From: a virus
Taxonomy: Duplodnaviria; Caudoviricetes
Reading direction: 5' to 3' (one strand)
IMG/VR virus record: IMGVR_UViG_3300050159_000048
DNA length: 64,000 nt
The notes under the pieces are model-generated. The model was not told the DNA's origin, made no database searches, and saw only the letters and a list, made by a program, of their open reading frames with translations. The position numbers and the translations under genes are program-made. This document shows, piece by piece, positions 10,769 to 20,332 of the stretch; position 1 is the first letter of the stretch; each line of letters opens with the position of its first letter.

Positions 10769-11427
10769 TGAGTTGCGAACCATCATATACCTATCGTCCG
10801 ACATTTTCGTCTGGTAGTACTCCATGCGCCGCCCCTGCCTACACAACCACACGCAGCCGCGTAACGGTAACACCACCGCCACAAACTGTTGGTCCACAAC
10901 CTCTGTTCTTCAGAAGCAAACACCAAAACGCCGAAGCAAACAACATAGCCGTTGAGATGATAAACGGCCCTGGCAGCACAATTCAGCTGAATGTAGTGTA
11001 CAACGGAGCCATTGTAAAGTCGTACGGTGGTCTAATTGAAGGTACCGTCGGACAAATCACCATTCTTCGAAACATGATCGAAGTCAGCGACCCAAATAAT
11101 TACATTGAGATGCCTCCTGTTGGGTTTGATATTCTGGATTTGCGAGGTGTGGAAACAGACGGAGATAACATCACCGAAGCGGGTATTAGCACCTTCCCAC
11201 GAACGCCGTTAACAGGAGGTCAGGGAGCACCCACAGACGCAAATGTGATTCCAACAATCAGAACTGGGCCAGAACGAACGTTATTCATCGTGTCCACAGA
11301 AGAAGACATCACAGGAGCGCCCACATCTCCTCCCGCCTCTAGGCGCGTACAGCAGTGGAATGGTCATGCATGGATATCGTATTGTAACAATGTTGCAGGA
11401 TCGTGCCCCGGTGAGGGGACCTGTTAA
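10768..11427 (+). CDS. Hypothetical protein (probably virion)
   Basis: 219 aa; TAATG coupling with PAAR. Confidence 0.7.
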   Translation: MSCEPSYTYRPTFSSGSTPCAAPAYTTTRSRVTVTPPPQTVGPQPLFFRSKHQNAEANNIAVEMINGPGSTIQLNVVYNGAIVKSYGGLIEGTVGQITILRNMIEVSDPNNYIEMPPVGFDILDLRGVETDGDNITEAGISTFPRTPLTGGQGAPTDANVIPTIRTGPERTLFIVSTEEDITGAPTSPPASRRVQQWNGHAWISYCNNVAGSCPGEGTC

Positions 11428-11498
11428 TACGGGTAAAGGACCGCGCGTAAATCCGGTATGTAAATATCTACATGGTACAAGATTATAGGAGATATACC

Positions 11499-11876
11499 AT
11501 GACTCACGTTTCATATCAGCGCCAAGTATCACCAGACTTCCATCACGTTGAATGGTTGGAGTTGTATGGTGACGGCATGCTACACGAGTGCGCGATTATG
11601 AAGCGCACTGCAGACGGCAACGTCCTGTACTTCCGTACTGCCGACCTAGATAACATTGACAAGCAGCGTCTGGCAGAAATCCTGTCGAACCGCAACGCCG
11701 CTCAACTAGAGCTGTGGGATCTGATGCAAAACATCACGATGCGCAACGGTGTTAATGCTCTGACCTATTTCAACCAACTGGTCAAGTTGCTGACACCGTC
11801 GGGTAAGATTGTTGACCCACGAGCAGGTCAGATCGGTGGCCGCGTAGCAGCTCCGAATCAACCAGTAGCCGCATAA
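11499..11876 (+). CDS. Hypothetical protein
   Basis: Start MTHVS after AGGAG RBS; TAAATA at 11461-11466; followed by a terminator. Confidence 0.75.
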   Translation: MTHVSYQRQVSPDFHHVEWLELYGDGMLHECAIMKRTADGNVLYFRTADLDNIDKQRLAEILSNRNAAQLELWDLMQNITMRNGVNALTYFNQLVKLLTPSGKIVDPRAGQIGGRVAAPNQPVAA

Positions 11877-11905
11877 AAAAAAGCCCTCCTAGGAGGGCTT
11901 TTTTA
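11875..11905. terminator. Bidirectional terminator
   Basis: A-run, AGCCCTCC-ta-GGAGGGCT, T-run. Confidence 0.85.
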
Positions 11906-12853
11906 TTTCGACAACATCGGAATGTATTGGTCAAGAGATTCTTTGATCTTGACTAGTTTGTATTTTCCGAGGAACTTCAAAATGAAGAACATCGAGAATT
12001 GACGCTTCTTGTCCAGAGATTCAGATACTGATTCCAGGATCAGTTTCCGAATGTTTGGTGGTTGTTTGGCCAAGTTAATCAGCTTCTCATTCTCATCAAA
12101 CAGATCCGCGACCTTGTACGTGATCTTTGAAACCACCTCTTCGCCGTTCTCATCTGTAACAACTGGACCGGGAGCTGTCCACGTTTCATTCATCAATTGA
12201 ACACGTTCGTACGGATCTGTGAACGCTTTCTTGATTCGGTCCATACGCACTCGCGGATATGCGGACTGCACGTTATCGGTGCTGTCCCCACGAATACACT
12301 TCTGAAATACGTAAAACAGAGGGTCACCATCAAATTCCGACAGCGTCTGTTCCTTATCAGTTGCAGGAGAGACGATGCGGACATTGGTGTATTGCATCAA
12401 CTGTAGCAAGTCTGAGTCTGTGCTGATAATGACGATCTCATTGTCATCGCTGGCCTCAATCTGACAGAAGCCAGCGATCAGATCGTCAGCCTCCAACATA
12501 TCTTCAACCAACGTAACAATGGTCGTCTGTTCAGCAATCAGTGCCTCAAACTCACGCATGTGAGTCAAGAATCGCTGATACTTCAGCTGCTGGGCTGGAG
12601 TCATGTCTTGCCGACGATTGCCCTTGTACGGCTTCTTGGAGATGCACGCATCGCTGGCGGTATAATCCTTGCGCCAACTCTTGCGGTCAAACACCATCAC
12701 AACCTTGTCGGGACGGTGCTGCTTGTAATACTTGTTCAGCATGACCAGTGCTGTGTGAGTAGCTAATCCAGCGAGCGTCTCGTCATCCTCTTGTCGTTGA
12801 ACGAAGAAGGTGCGGTACAGCAGATTGGAAATGTCAAAGACGAGGTATTTCAT
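11903..12853 (-). CDS. rnh: RNase H / 5'-3' exonuclease (T4 rnh, FEN family)
   Basis: YLVFDISNL, EADDLI, STDSDLLQL, IRGDSTDNV motifs; start MKYLV. Confidence 0.9.
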   Translation of the reverse strand: MKYLVFDISNLLYRTFFVQRQEDDETLAGLATHTALVMLNKYYKQHRPDKVVMVFDRKSWRKDYTASDACISKKPYKGNRRQDMTPAQQLKYQRFLTHMREFEALIAEQTTIVTLVEDMLEADDLIAGFCQIEASDDNEIVIISTDSDLLQLMQYTNVRIVSPATDKEQTLSEFDGDPLFYVFQKCIRGDSTDNVQSAYPRVRMDRIKKAFTDPYERVQLMNETWTAPGPVVTDENGEEVVSKITYKVADLFDENEKLINLAKQPPNIRKLILESVSESLDKKRQFSMFFILKFLGKYKLVKIKESLDQYIPMLSK

Positions 12854-12854
12854 G

Positions 12855-13292
12855 TTATACGTAGTCGTTCGTCCGATGTTTATCGGTATTCTCAATGGAG
12901 ATGGCTTCAAGGCGCTCGGTCATGTCGTGATACAGTAGAGCTAACCACTTCTGGACCGCTGTGTCTTCGTCGCGGCCAGTGATACCGTTCTCCTTCAGAT
13001 ACTCAATGAATGCAGTGTTCCAATCAAGTTCGATCTGAAGCCCACGAGCTTCATCAAACTTGTCGCTCTTGATCTCAACCCAAGGGTCCTTGCTTGTGTA
13101 CCTTGCTGCGTCGGCCTCGTCACGCTGACGAAACACGGCAACCTCTTCACTCACAACATTCAGTTCTTGCTTCACTTGGTCGCGTTCAGCAAGTGCCTCG
13201 TTGAGTGCATCGCTGTAGCGCTTAAGCTCAGCCATTGTTTGGTCGGCGCGAATCTTATCACGATTCCACCAATTTGAAATTGCCTTGAACAT
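12855..13292 (-). CDS. Conserved hypothetical protein with coiled-coil N-terminus
   Basis: 145 aa tightly packed in the replication operon. Confidence 0.75.
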   Translation of the reverse strand: MFKAISNWWNRDKIRADQTMAELKRYSDALNEALAERDQVKQELNVVSEEVAVFRQRDEADAARYTSKDPWVEIKSDKFDEARGLQIELDWNTAFIEYLKENGITGRDEDTAVQKWLALLYHDMTERLEAISIENTDKHRTNDYV

Positions 13293-13293
13293 C

Positions 13294-14004
13294 TTACACC
13301 TTAGGTAGTACGTTGACGCACAGATTGTTAATAGACATCCGCATAATGCCGCGGGATGTCAACTGAAAAGCACCGCCGGTGTTGTGCTTGAACAGCGCCA
13401 ACACCGTTTTGATCGGATATTTATGGGTGAAATTCGGCGTAGATCCGTCGAGAGCCTGCAGATCTGCAGCGTCTGCCAACTGGAAGGTCATCTTATCCAT
13501 GTTGATGTCAGCCAACTCCATCGTCACTCCGTCGTCGTTACCGATCAGAGTGATCACATCAGCACCCATGGCTGATGCGCCCTTTTGCATGTACGTGATG
13601 GCTTCAGGAACAGCGGTAACCTTGATCTTGACGGCGTCGTTCATAGCCTTGGGGGCCTGAATTGTTGCGGGATTGGCACAACGATAATCAACCTTCAGAC
13701 CCTTAGCCTTCATGGTTAACGTTCGAGCAAAAAGCGACGAATCGCCTTCGGTTGTGACGTCAATGTCAAAAGTGTCGTGCAGCTTCACCAGATCCAACCG
13801 CGAGGAGAATACGCCAAGCCGATTGAGACCAATCGAGCCAAACGGAAGGTCTGGCACGTTTGCGTCCTGCAAGATAAACACCGTACGTTCCTCGTCGATC
13901 GCTCGAACCTTCCCAGGCTCGATAATCAGACTGTCAATCTTGACGAGGTTTGCCGTTTGCACGGCATTCAAAATGTACCCCAGAGTGGGTTGATCCATCT
14001 TCAT
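13294..14004 (-). CDS. Probable sliding clamp (gp45-like)
   Basis: 236 aa directly downstream of the polymerase; size and beta/alpha pattern fit a clamp; no diagnostic motif. Confidence 0.55.
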   Translation of the reverse strand: MKMDQPTLGYILNAVQTANLVKIDSLIIEPGKVRAIDEERTVFILQDANVPDLPFGSIGLNRLGVFSSRLDLVKLHDTFDIDVTTEGDSSLFARTLTMKAKGLKVDYRCANPATIQAPKAMNDAVKIKVTAVPEAITYMQKGASAMGADVITLIGNDDGVTMELADINMDKMTFQLADAADLQALDGSTPNFTHKYPIKTVLALFKHNTGGAFQLTSRGIMRMSINNLCVNVLPKV

Positions 14005-14031
14005 GGAGTTTTCTCCTTATAGTTTGTCATT

Positions 14032-14060
14032 ACTGTATCAGAATTCCAACAAGCTGTCAA
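14032..14060 (-). promoter_or_regulatory. Sigma70-type promoter
   Basis: TTGACA-17-TACAGT upstream of an AAGGAG RBS for the clamp gene. Confidence 0.65.
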
Positions 14061-16875
14061 CGAACAGACTTTGCTTGCTCGGAGGTCGCTTGTTGATTGC
14101 CTTCAGGATGTTAGCCAACGGGTTGTCAACGAGTCGCTCGATGTGGGCGTCCACATCCACGTTGCAGTGGATGTTAAACCAAGGTGGCACAGTCTCTGTG
14201 TCGGTCGGTAGAGCGATGCTCTTAAACCGTCCGTTCTTGTTTTTCAGGTAGTACACCTTAAGCTTCATGCCTGACACAATGGGGGCACTATTCTTATCGT
14301 TGTACTGCTTGAGGCACTGATTGTAGTGAATGGCAGCAGCGACGTGACCAGGAAGGCGCGTCCCAATGTCTGCATCGTATGCAATTGAGTAATCCTCCAG
14401 CTTCTTGACACCCTTCGGTAGGCCAATTCGTAGAAGATCACCGCCAGTACCCGCGTCAGTTAGCTCCGTCTTGTAGTCCACAATCGACACAGAAATGTCT
14501 TCCCACGTCTCACCCTTCAGGTATCGCTCGATGAAACCGTTCAACTTCTTGGAGACGTCTGCGGGGAGGGTTGTCTTCTTGGTATCAAGACCCATCACCT
14601 TCATCTTATCGACTGGCTTACCGTCCAAGTCAACCAAGTGAAGAATGTACCGCTTCTTATCAACGAAGATGCCCTTATCAGACACAATTTCACGGCCTGC
14701 TTTAATAATGTCATCATAGCCGGGAGTGCACAAAAAAGTGTTACGCATGAAGTCCGGATACGACTTGTTGACAATGTCAGCGACCATATCAGCGACCTTA
14801 ATCGCTTCTTCCTGCGAAGTCGCAAATGTGCGGAAATACGTGGAGTCAGTGTCTCCGTAAATGACAGCTTCTGAGTGATGTTTCCCGTTGAATACTGGAC
14901 CATCCATGGAGATCAGACGCGCTTCTTCCTCCGTATAACCGCTTTCCATTGCGTCCTTCAACGTCTCGTATAGCGGGAATTCGGAATCGTAACTATCCCC
15001 CAATGCTTCCGCAGCCGTCCGGCATTGGTGCTTCAGGATGATACGTCCAGAGCCAGTGGTAGATTCACCCAACCGCAAGTCGTAGAATCGGAAGTACAGA
15101 TTAGTAAGTGCGCCGTATAAGCTGTTCAGCTTGATCTTGTACACATACTGCAGCCGGTCGTAGTAGCCCGCCTTTTCGTAATCTCCTACGTCTCCAGCTT
15201 CCTTCTTCATCTTCTGGTACTTCTTACGTAGGTCGTACCAGTTAGCCAACAGTCCTGGGATAAAGCCTTGCTTCGTCTGGTCAAACACCGTACCGTAACC
15301 TGAAATAGCCCAGTTACGCTCTGCTAACCAGTCACGCCATTCACTCGCAGGCATCGTCAGCTCGGATTTATCATGCTCAAGCACCATCGTACATAGTTTG
15401 AAGCTACCCGCCGCAATTTCAATGAAGTCCTTGACGTCACTCTTGAACTGACCTCGTAGCGTCTCAGGCGAAATGTTCAGAGATCGAATAGCAGACGGAT
15501 ACAGTGAGTTAATGTCGATCGATCCAACCCATTCATGCAATCCAATCTGCGGGAACAGCACCAGAGCTCCGTCAATCGAGCGGTCGACCTCTGGCTCAGT
15601 CACATTGTTGACCACGCGGCGGAGTTCGTGGTGGCAATAGTTGACTAGCGCCAATTCAGCAAGTTTCAGAGTGCCGAGAACGTGAGGCATCAGACCTGTT
15701 GACAGGTGGTAGTTCACGTTAGCAATGTCGATGTATCCCAGCTTCTGTTCGAATCCGTACAGGATCTCAGTATCTCGGATGTTGTATCGCACGAAGAACG
15801 GGAAGTTTTCACGGTACAATTCACGCAATGTCTTTTCGTACGTTAGCTTAGGCAGCGTTGGTTCACCGGTCTTATCATCAACCAGGACTTCTTCAGAGAT
15901 CGCTTCCAACTTATACGACGGCTTTTCGCCTGGTTCGTACTTCTTAACCAAGTTCATGTAGTCGATGCGAATACGACCAACGAGGTCGAGCGTATTGCCC
16001 ATCAACTTTCCGTTTTCCTTGTTCTGCACAGCTCGGAACGTAGGGCTTCCATGCATCGGAAAATCGAGACGTTTGAGCCAGCGATACTGTCCTTGCTTTG
16101 CGATTGCAGGGTTCGGATTCTGAGCGTATGTAAGGGACAGCTTGCCGGTGTACTCATTGATTGACTCAGCAGTCTCCAGCGACACTTCTTGGTTATCTAG
16201 AACGCGCACAATTCGTTGCGCAGTATATGGAACGTCGAAGAAGTCACTGTTCCAGCCGCCGATGACGTCACTCTGCTCAATTTCAACGAGAAAGTTCATG
16301 AGGAGTTCACGCTCATCCGCACACACAACATATCGAATGCGAAGGTTCGACATGATCGGGGCATCAGGAGCGCACGTATCAACCTCACGACGGAGGCGCT
16401 CCTCATCCCACCCCTCTTCGGGCGGAACGCACAACACAACAATCTCTTTCTTCCAGCAATGGATCAGTGAGACGGAGTTGATTGGGGCATACGGATTCGT
16501 AGCCACCATGTCTTGCACCGTGACGCCCATCTCCGGGTCGTAATCCACCTCGATGTCAAACAGCGTTACGTTCAGCTTCGGAGCAGGAATACCGTAATAG
16601 TGGTTGGATAACACACGCATCTCGGGGGGAACGTCAGATTCCCACGTGCGAACACGCCGGACGTCAAATTCCTTCTTGGCAGCGTAGTATTCCGACGACG
16701 TGTCGAACTCAGCCTTCGACACTCTTGTGTCGTAGATGGTACGATACTCCCCATCCTCGTCGTCATAGTAGAAGTAGTACGGAGCAGGGTAGTCTGTGAC
16801 GATTCGCTCCGTTTCAGACAATCGTTCCCACACGTAAACGCGATTGTTCTTTGTTACTGCAGAGATATAACTCAT
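14038..16875 (-). CDS. gp43: DNA polymerase, family B (T4 gp43-like)
   Basis: ExoI DIEV, ExoII WNSDFFD, ExoIII YNIRD, DINSLYPS, KIKLNSLYG, YGDTDS, KKRY; start MSYIS. Confidence 0.97.
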   Translation of the reverse strand: MSYISAVTKNNRVYVWERLSETERIVTDYPAPYYFYYDDEDGEYRTIYDTRVSKAEFDTSSEYYAAKKEFDVRRVRTWESDVPPEMRVLSNHYYGIPAPKLNVTLFDIEVDYDPEMGVTVQDMVATNPYAPINSVSLIHCWKKEIVVLCVPPEEGWDEERLRREVDTCAPDAPIMSNLRIRYVVCADERELLMNFLVEIEQSDVIGGWNSDFFDVPYTAQRIVRVLDNQEVSLETAESINEYTGKLSLTYAQNPNPAIAKQGQYRWLKRLDFPMHGSPTFRAVQNKENGKLMGNTLDLVGRIRIDYMNLVKKYEPGEKPSYKLEAISEEVLVDDKTGEPTLPKLTYEKTLRELYRENFPFFVRYNIRDTEILYGFEQKLGYIDIANVNYHLSTGLMPHVLGTLKLAELALVNYCHHELRRVVNNVTEPEVDRSIDGALVLFPQIGLHEWVGSIDINSLYPSAIRSLNISPETLRGQFKSDVKDFIEIAAGSFKLCTMVLEHDKSELTMPASEWRDWLAERNWAISGYGTVFDQTKQGFIPGLLANWYDLRKKYQKMKKEAGDVGDYEKAGYYDRLQYVYKIKLNSLYGALTNLYFRFYDLRLGESTTGSGRIILKHQCRTAAEALGDSYDSEFPLYETLKDAMESGYTEEEARLISMDGPVFNGKHHSEAVIYGDTDSTYFRTFATSQEEAIKVADMVADIVNKSYPDFMRNTFLCTPGYDDIIKAGREIVSDKGIFVDKKRYILHLVDLDGKPVDKMKVMGLDTKKTTLPADVSKKLNGFIERYLKGETWEDISVSIVDYKTELTDAGTGGDLLRIGLPKGVKKLEDYSIAYDADIGTRLPGHVAAAIHYNQCLKQYNDKNSAPIVSGMKLKVYYLKNKNGRFKSIALPTDTETVPPWFNIHCNVDVDAHIERLVDNPLANILKAINKRPPSKQSLFVDSLLEF

Positions 16876-16962
16876 TTTTTCCTTTCTATCACCTGTCATT
16901 ATCACGTCGAGGGTTGGGTCAAATCAAGCGCGGATGTGACAGGGGAGCTATTTATCACGCAT

Positions 16963-16993
16963 AAAAAAAGAGCCCCTTTCGGGGCTCTTTTTA
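16963..16993 (-). terminator. Rho-independent terminator
   Basis: GAGCCCC-tttc-GGGGCTC flanked by A and T runs. Confidence 0.85.
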
Positions 16994-17350
16994 TTCATCA
17001 GACTTGTCTAAGGGGTCGTTATGCCCACCAACATCGTCGGGGTCGCGCAGCTTCCCTTCAATGACGGTTTCGTACAGCGTCTCGAAGTGGCGATTTTCCT
17101 CGAGCATAGATCCGTAGTTGTGCTTGTACATCGTGGCAGCAATCTTACGAACCAGCTTCTTGTCAACACCGTATTCAGCAGCAATGTCTGCAACCGATTC
17201 CTTCATACCTTCCTTCAGATCGTCGATTTGTTGGTGGTAATGAGTCACAGTGGCCAGTGCTGACTTGAACTTCTTGCGAATTTCCGGATCAGCCAGAATG
17301 TTGCCCTTGTTGTTATCGTCTGCGGAACGTGCTTTTACTGGTTTAACCAT
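16991..17350 (-). CDS. dsDNA-binding protein (T4 DsbA / GapR-like)
   Basis: Helical QIDDLKEGMKE...EYGVDKKLVRKI...YKHN...FETLYETV pattern; AAGGAG RBS. Confidence 0.6.
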   Translation of the reverse strand: MVKPVKARSADDNNKGNILADPEIRKKFKSALATVTHYHQQIDDLKEGMKESVADIAAEYGVDKKLVRKIAATMYKHNYGSMLEENRHFETLYETVIEGKLRDPDDVGGHNDPLDKSDE

Positions 17351-17386
17351 GATTTCTCCTTATTGTTATAGTCTAATCTTAGTGGG

Positions 17387-18094
17387 TCAAATACGTTGCG
17401 ACAACAGGCCGTGTTTTTTGTTAAACGGCTGAACTTGCTTTGTAATCAAGCTCCGTACGCCTACAACGTAGGCGTATTGGGCTGGTGAGCGTAGATGTTC
17501 CACGTTACCGATGCCCATATTGTATGCTGCTACTGCCTTATCCCAGTTGCCGTTGCATAGGTCAAAGTACAACTTGAAATGCATTGCAGCGATTCGAATG
17601 TTTGCCTCGTCATTGTTTAGTAGCAAGGCTACGATCTCATCGTTGGTGACTTTATCGTATGGTTTGTGGGGGAAGTAAACTTTCGCAACTTGGGGGTTGC
17701 GCTGCAAAACTGACCGTGCTGCAACCACTTGAACTTGCATCAATCCGTATGATCGCTTGCTTGCTGCTGCTCCGCGGTTACCGATCGGGTCGCTCTGGCC
17801 ACCCTTAGTTTCACGCAGCAAGATAGCTTGCAGGGTTTCTGGATGTCCTACCTCACTTCCAATCTGAAACACTCTCTTCATGTTGTCTACAGCAGTTCGC
17901 GTAAACGCTTGGAGTTGTGTTGTGGTTTCTGGCTGTGTACGCGTTGGTGTACGCACAACAGTTGCTTGTGGCTCTGCTACTACAACTTCTGGCAGCGCTG
18001 ATTCAGTGGATGCTGAACCTTCTGCATATGCGAATGATTCAGTCATCATCAACACGAATAGCAACAGAGACGCGGTTATTCGATGATTGCTCAT
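17387..18094 (-). CDS. Soluble lytic transglycosylase (SLT) with N-terminal signal/TM segment
   Basis: ILLRET catalytic Glu, SYGLMQV, AVAAYNMG; hydrophobic N-terminus. Confidence 0.9.
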   Translation of the reverse strand: MSNHRITASLLLFVLMMTESFAYAEGSASTESALPEVVVAEPQATVVRTPTRTQPETTTQLQAFTRTAVDNMKRVFQIGSEVGHPETLQAILLRETKGGQSDPIGNRGAAASKRSYGLMQVQVVAARSVLQRNPQVAKVYFPHKPYDKVTNDEIVALLLNNDEANIRIAAMHFKLYFDLCNGNWDKAVAAYNMGIGNVEHLRSPAQYAYVVGVRSLITKQVQPFNKKHGLLSQRI

Positions 18095-18149
18095 CTTCAT
18101 TCCTTTCGTCAAAAGTTATACCCTCCTGGTATTACTACCAAGAAGGGCG

Positions 18150-18178
18150 ATTATAGTTGAGATAGGGAGTTAAATCAA
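18150..18178 (-). promoter_or_regulatory. Sigma70-type promoter
   Basis: TTGATT-17-TATAAT. Confidence 0.7.
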
Positions 18179-18807
18179 CTGGGTTGGTTTAGGTATGGTC
18201 CAAACCAAGTCGTATAGTTACCAGGGAAGCTACCTGGATTATACATATACGGCGTTTTAGCTACGATGTGGAATCGTGCTTGAAAGAGGTCACCCGCAAA
18301 CACCTCTGTGGTGTTATTTATGAAGTGAGGATCACTGGGGAACACGATTAGTGTGCCACGCTGCGGATTAAATCCGAAATGATGTTGAACAAACTCAAGT
18401 TTGCCGCCATATACATCAAATTCCTGTTCAAACGGAGTATTTTCTTGATAATCTGACAGGAATAGAACTGCTGTCAGATCGCGAGCATTTGTGCGAACCC
18501 ACTTGCCTCGTAAGTGCTCACTGTTCTCAGCCCGGAAGGTGCCAGAACTTCCCGCAGGAAACCACTCAAATTCAACACTCTCCGTGCCACGGTACAGCAT
18601 CTGATAGTGCCCTTGGATTTCGGGCAGTAACATAAGCAGCCGCTCATAAATCAAACCTTCAGCAGTTTCCGACCGTTTGGTCGTCTTCACATACTTCCCG
18701 TCCTTGTTTTGATCAGGGACATTGAAATCCACAATATCAACAATATCTTCACACATCAGAGGAGAAATGAACTCCTCAACAACATAAAACGGAGACTTAT
18801 TCATCAT
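18175..18807 (-). CDS. 2OG-Fe(II) oxygenase-fold protein (metal ligands appear degenerate)
   Basis: RDLTAVLFL, GGKLEF, PQRGTLIVFPS pattern of the prolyl-hydroxylase-like family. Confidence 0.7.
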   Translation of the reverse strand: MMNKSPFYVVEEFISPLMCEDIVDIVDFNVPDQNKDGKYVKTTKRSETAEGLIYERLLMLLPEIQGHYQMLYRGTESVEFEWFPAGSSGTFRAENSEHLRGKWVRTNARDLTAVLFLSDYQENTPFEQEFDVYGGKLEFVQHHFGFNPQRGTLIVFPSDPHFINNTTEVFAGDLFQARFHIVAKTPYMYNPGSFPGNYTTWFGPYLNQPS

Positions 18808-19339
18808 TATGGACTTTGAGAGTATTCAGGTACGTAACCAATTCCGGAATAGTTACATTATGTTTTGCTAGAATTTGAACAGCTTCCATGATTTGCATAT
18901 CGCGATCAATATTGGCGGCAGATTCGGAAGTTGGGGCGTCCGCCTCATCCTGATTTGGGTTAATCAGGAAGTTACCTGCTTGCAGGATATTCTGACCGAC
19001 AAGGATTGCTGTATCCATGTGTGAGCGATCATTCAAGTTGAACGTAGCAGCCTTGAGTTGAACTCCTTCAATTTCAACATCCAACCGCACCATTGGTCGA
19101 TGCTCTCCACCGTGGTCTGCAGAATGCACTTCCTGTGTCCCGTCGACGTCAAGCGTGATTTGGTTCTTGGATAGCTGTGGACATACAAAAGTAACCGTTC
19201 CACGCTTTTCGTCCATCTGGATATTCTCAGCGTGGAGTGATGAGGTTGTTGCCCCAGTGTCAACCTTCCCCTCAAGGGAGCGACCCAATTGTAAGAAATT
19301 CACTGTTACACTGTTGCCAATTACCTTGTTGTTCATCAT
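18797..19339 (-). CDS. Retropepsin-like protease (RimB / putative ATP-dependent Zn protease family)
   Basis: KVDTGATTSSLHA, RPMV, FNLNDRSHM...ILVG. Confidence 0.85.
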   Translation of the reverse strand: MMNNKVIGNSVTVNFLQLGRSLEGKVDTGATTSSLHAENIQMDEKRGTVTFVCPQLSKNQITLDVDGTQEVHSADHGGEHRPMVRLDVEIEGVQLKAATFNLNDRSHMDTAILVGQNILQAGNFLINPNQDEADAPTSESAANIDRDMQIMEAVQILAKHNVTIPELVTYLNTLKVHNDE

Positions 19340-20004
19340 TACACTCCATACGTTTTGTGATACGTATTTATGCGTCGAAGAAGTGGCTCAATGTATGGCT
19401 CAATCGGTTGCTTGAATATCAACGGTACAGCTCCTCGTTCGCTGCTCATGATGATCACAATTTGATCAATTTGAATGCCATACCGCTCCAGATACATCAA
19501 TGCATACGCTGTTGTCTGTAGGAAATAGTCACCAATCATCGATTGCTTCTTATCGGTTGTTGATGTTTTGAAGTCGATGATTGCGGGCACTCCGTCGTAT
19601 TCGCCAATACAATCAACACGCCCAGCAACACGCATTACATCACTCCACAGCGCGGATTCTTGAGTGTGAATGTTATTGATCCGCTTTAGATGGACCTTCA
19701 GCATGTTGAAGTCTGGAATGTGGGCCGGTAACATATCGCGAGTAGGATCTACCTCATTGTTGAGGTACCGCTCCACCATCAAGTGAACTGCTGACCCTCG
19801 GTCGGCTGCTCGCTTCATTTCAGCGTCTGCTCGATCTGCGCCCATACTGTCACGCCACTCTCGAAGCCACGGTTTGTCACCAGCTCCCAAAATGGTGGTA
19901 ATTGACGGATACTTGTTGCCTTCTGGCGTCAAATAAAAACGCCCGTTAGGACCCTCTTCTGTGTTGAGGTTAACGGGCGTGATGTTGTTGAGATGCGTGA
20001 ACAT
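19339..20004 (-). CDS. PD-(D/E)xK exonuclease
   Basis: YPSITTIL, RGSAVH, AGRVD, IIDFKTS, QTTAYA. Confidence 0.88.
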   Translation of the reverse strand: MFTHLNNITPVNLNTEEGPNGRFYLTPEGNKYPSITTILGAGDKPWLREWRDSMGADRADAEMKRAADRGSAVHLMVERYLNNEVDPTRDMLPAHIPDFNMLKVHLKRINNIHTQESALWSDVMRVAGRVDCIGEYDGVPAIIDFKTSTTDKKQSMIGDYFLQTTAYALMYLERYGIQIDQIVIIMSSERGAVPLIFKQPIEPYIEPLLRRINTYHKTYGV

Positions 20005-20014
20005 AATGTCCTAA

Positions 20015-20332
20015 TTATGCGACGCCACCTCCTGGGGTTGCAGCACCGGCACTGCCGGGAGTTGTCGTCATCGTGCGAGCCTGGGCATTTGGTGCTCCAG
20101 GTTGTGGAGTTTGAGCGTTTGGAGTTGCTCCGGAACGCTTGTCTTCCATTTGTTTTTGCTTAGCCTTCAATGCGAGCATCTTAGACAATTGTTGCTTACG
20201 TTGAAGCAGCGGTGCAGTACGTTGGTTGATCTGAGCATCAATTTGAGCCATATCCGTGGAGATTTTGTCAATCTCAGCTTGCAGATCCTCATCCAGTCTA
20301 GTCAAAAACTGCTTAAAAGACAACTGGGTCAT
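20015..20332 (-). CDS. Hypothetical coiled-coil protein
   Basis: 105 aa, Q/K-rich heptads, P/A/G/T tail. Confidence 0.7.
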   Translation of the reverse strand: MTQLSFKQFLTRLDEDLQAEIDKISTDMAQIDAQINQRTAPLLQRKQQLSKMLALKAKQKQMEDKRSGATPNAQTPQPGAPNAQARTMTTTPGSAGAATPGGGVA

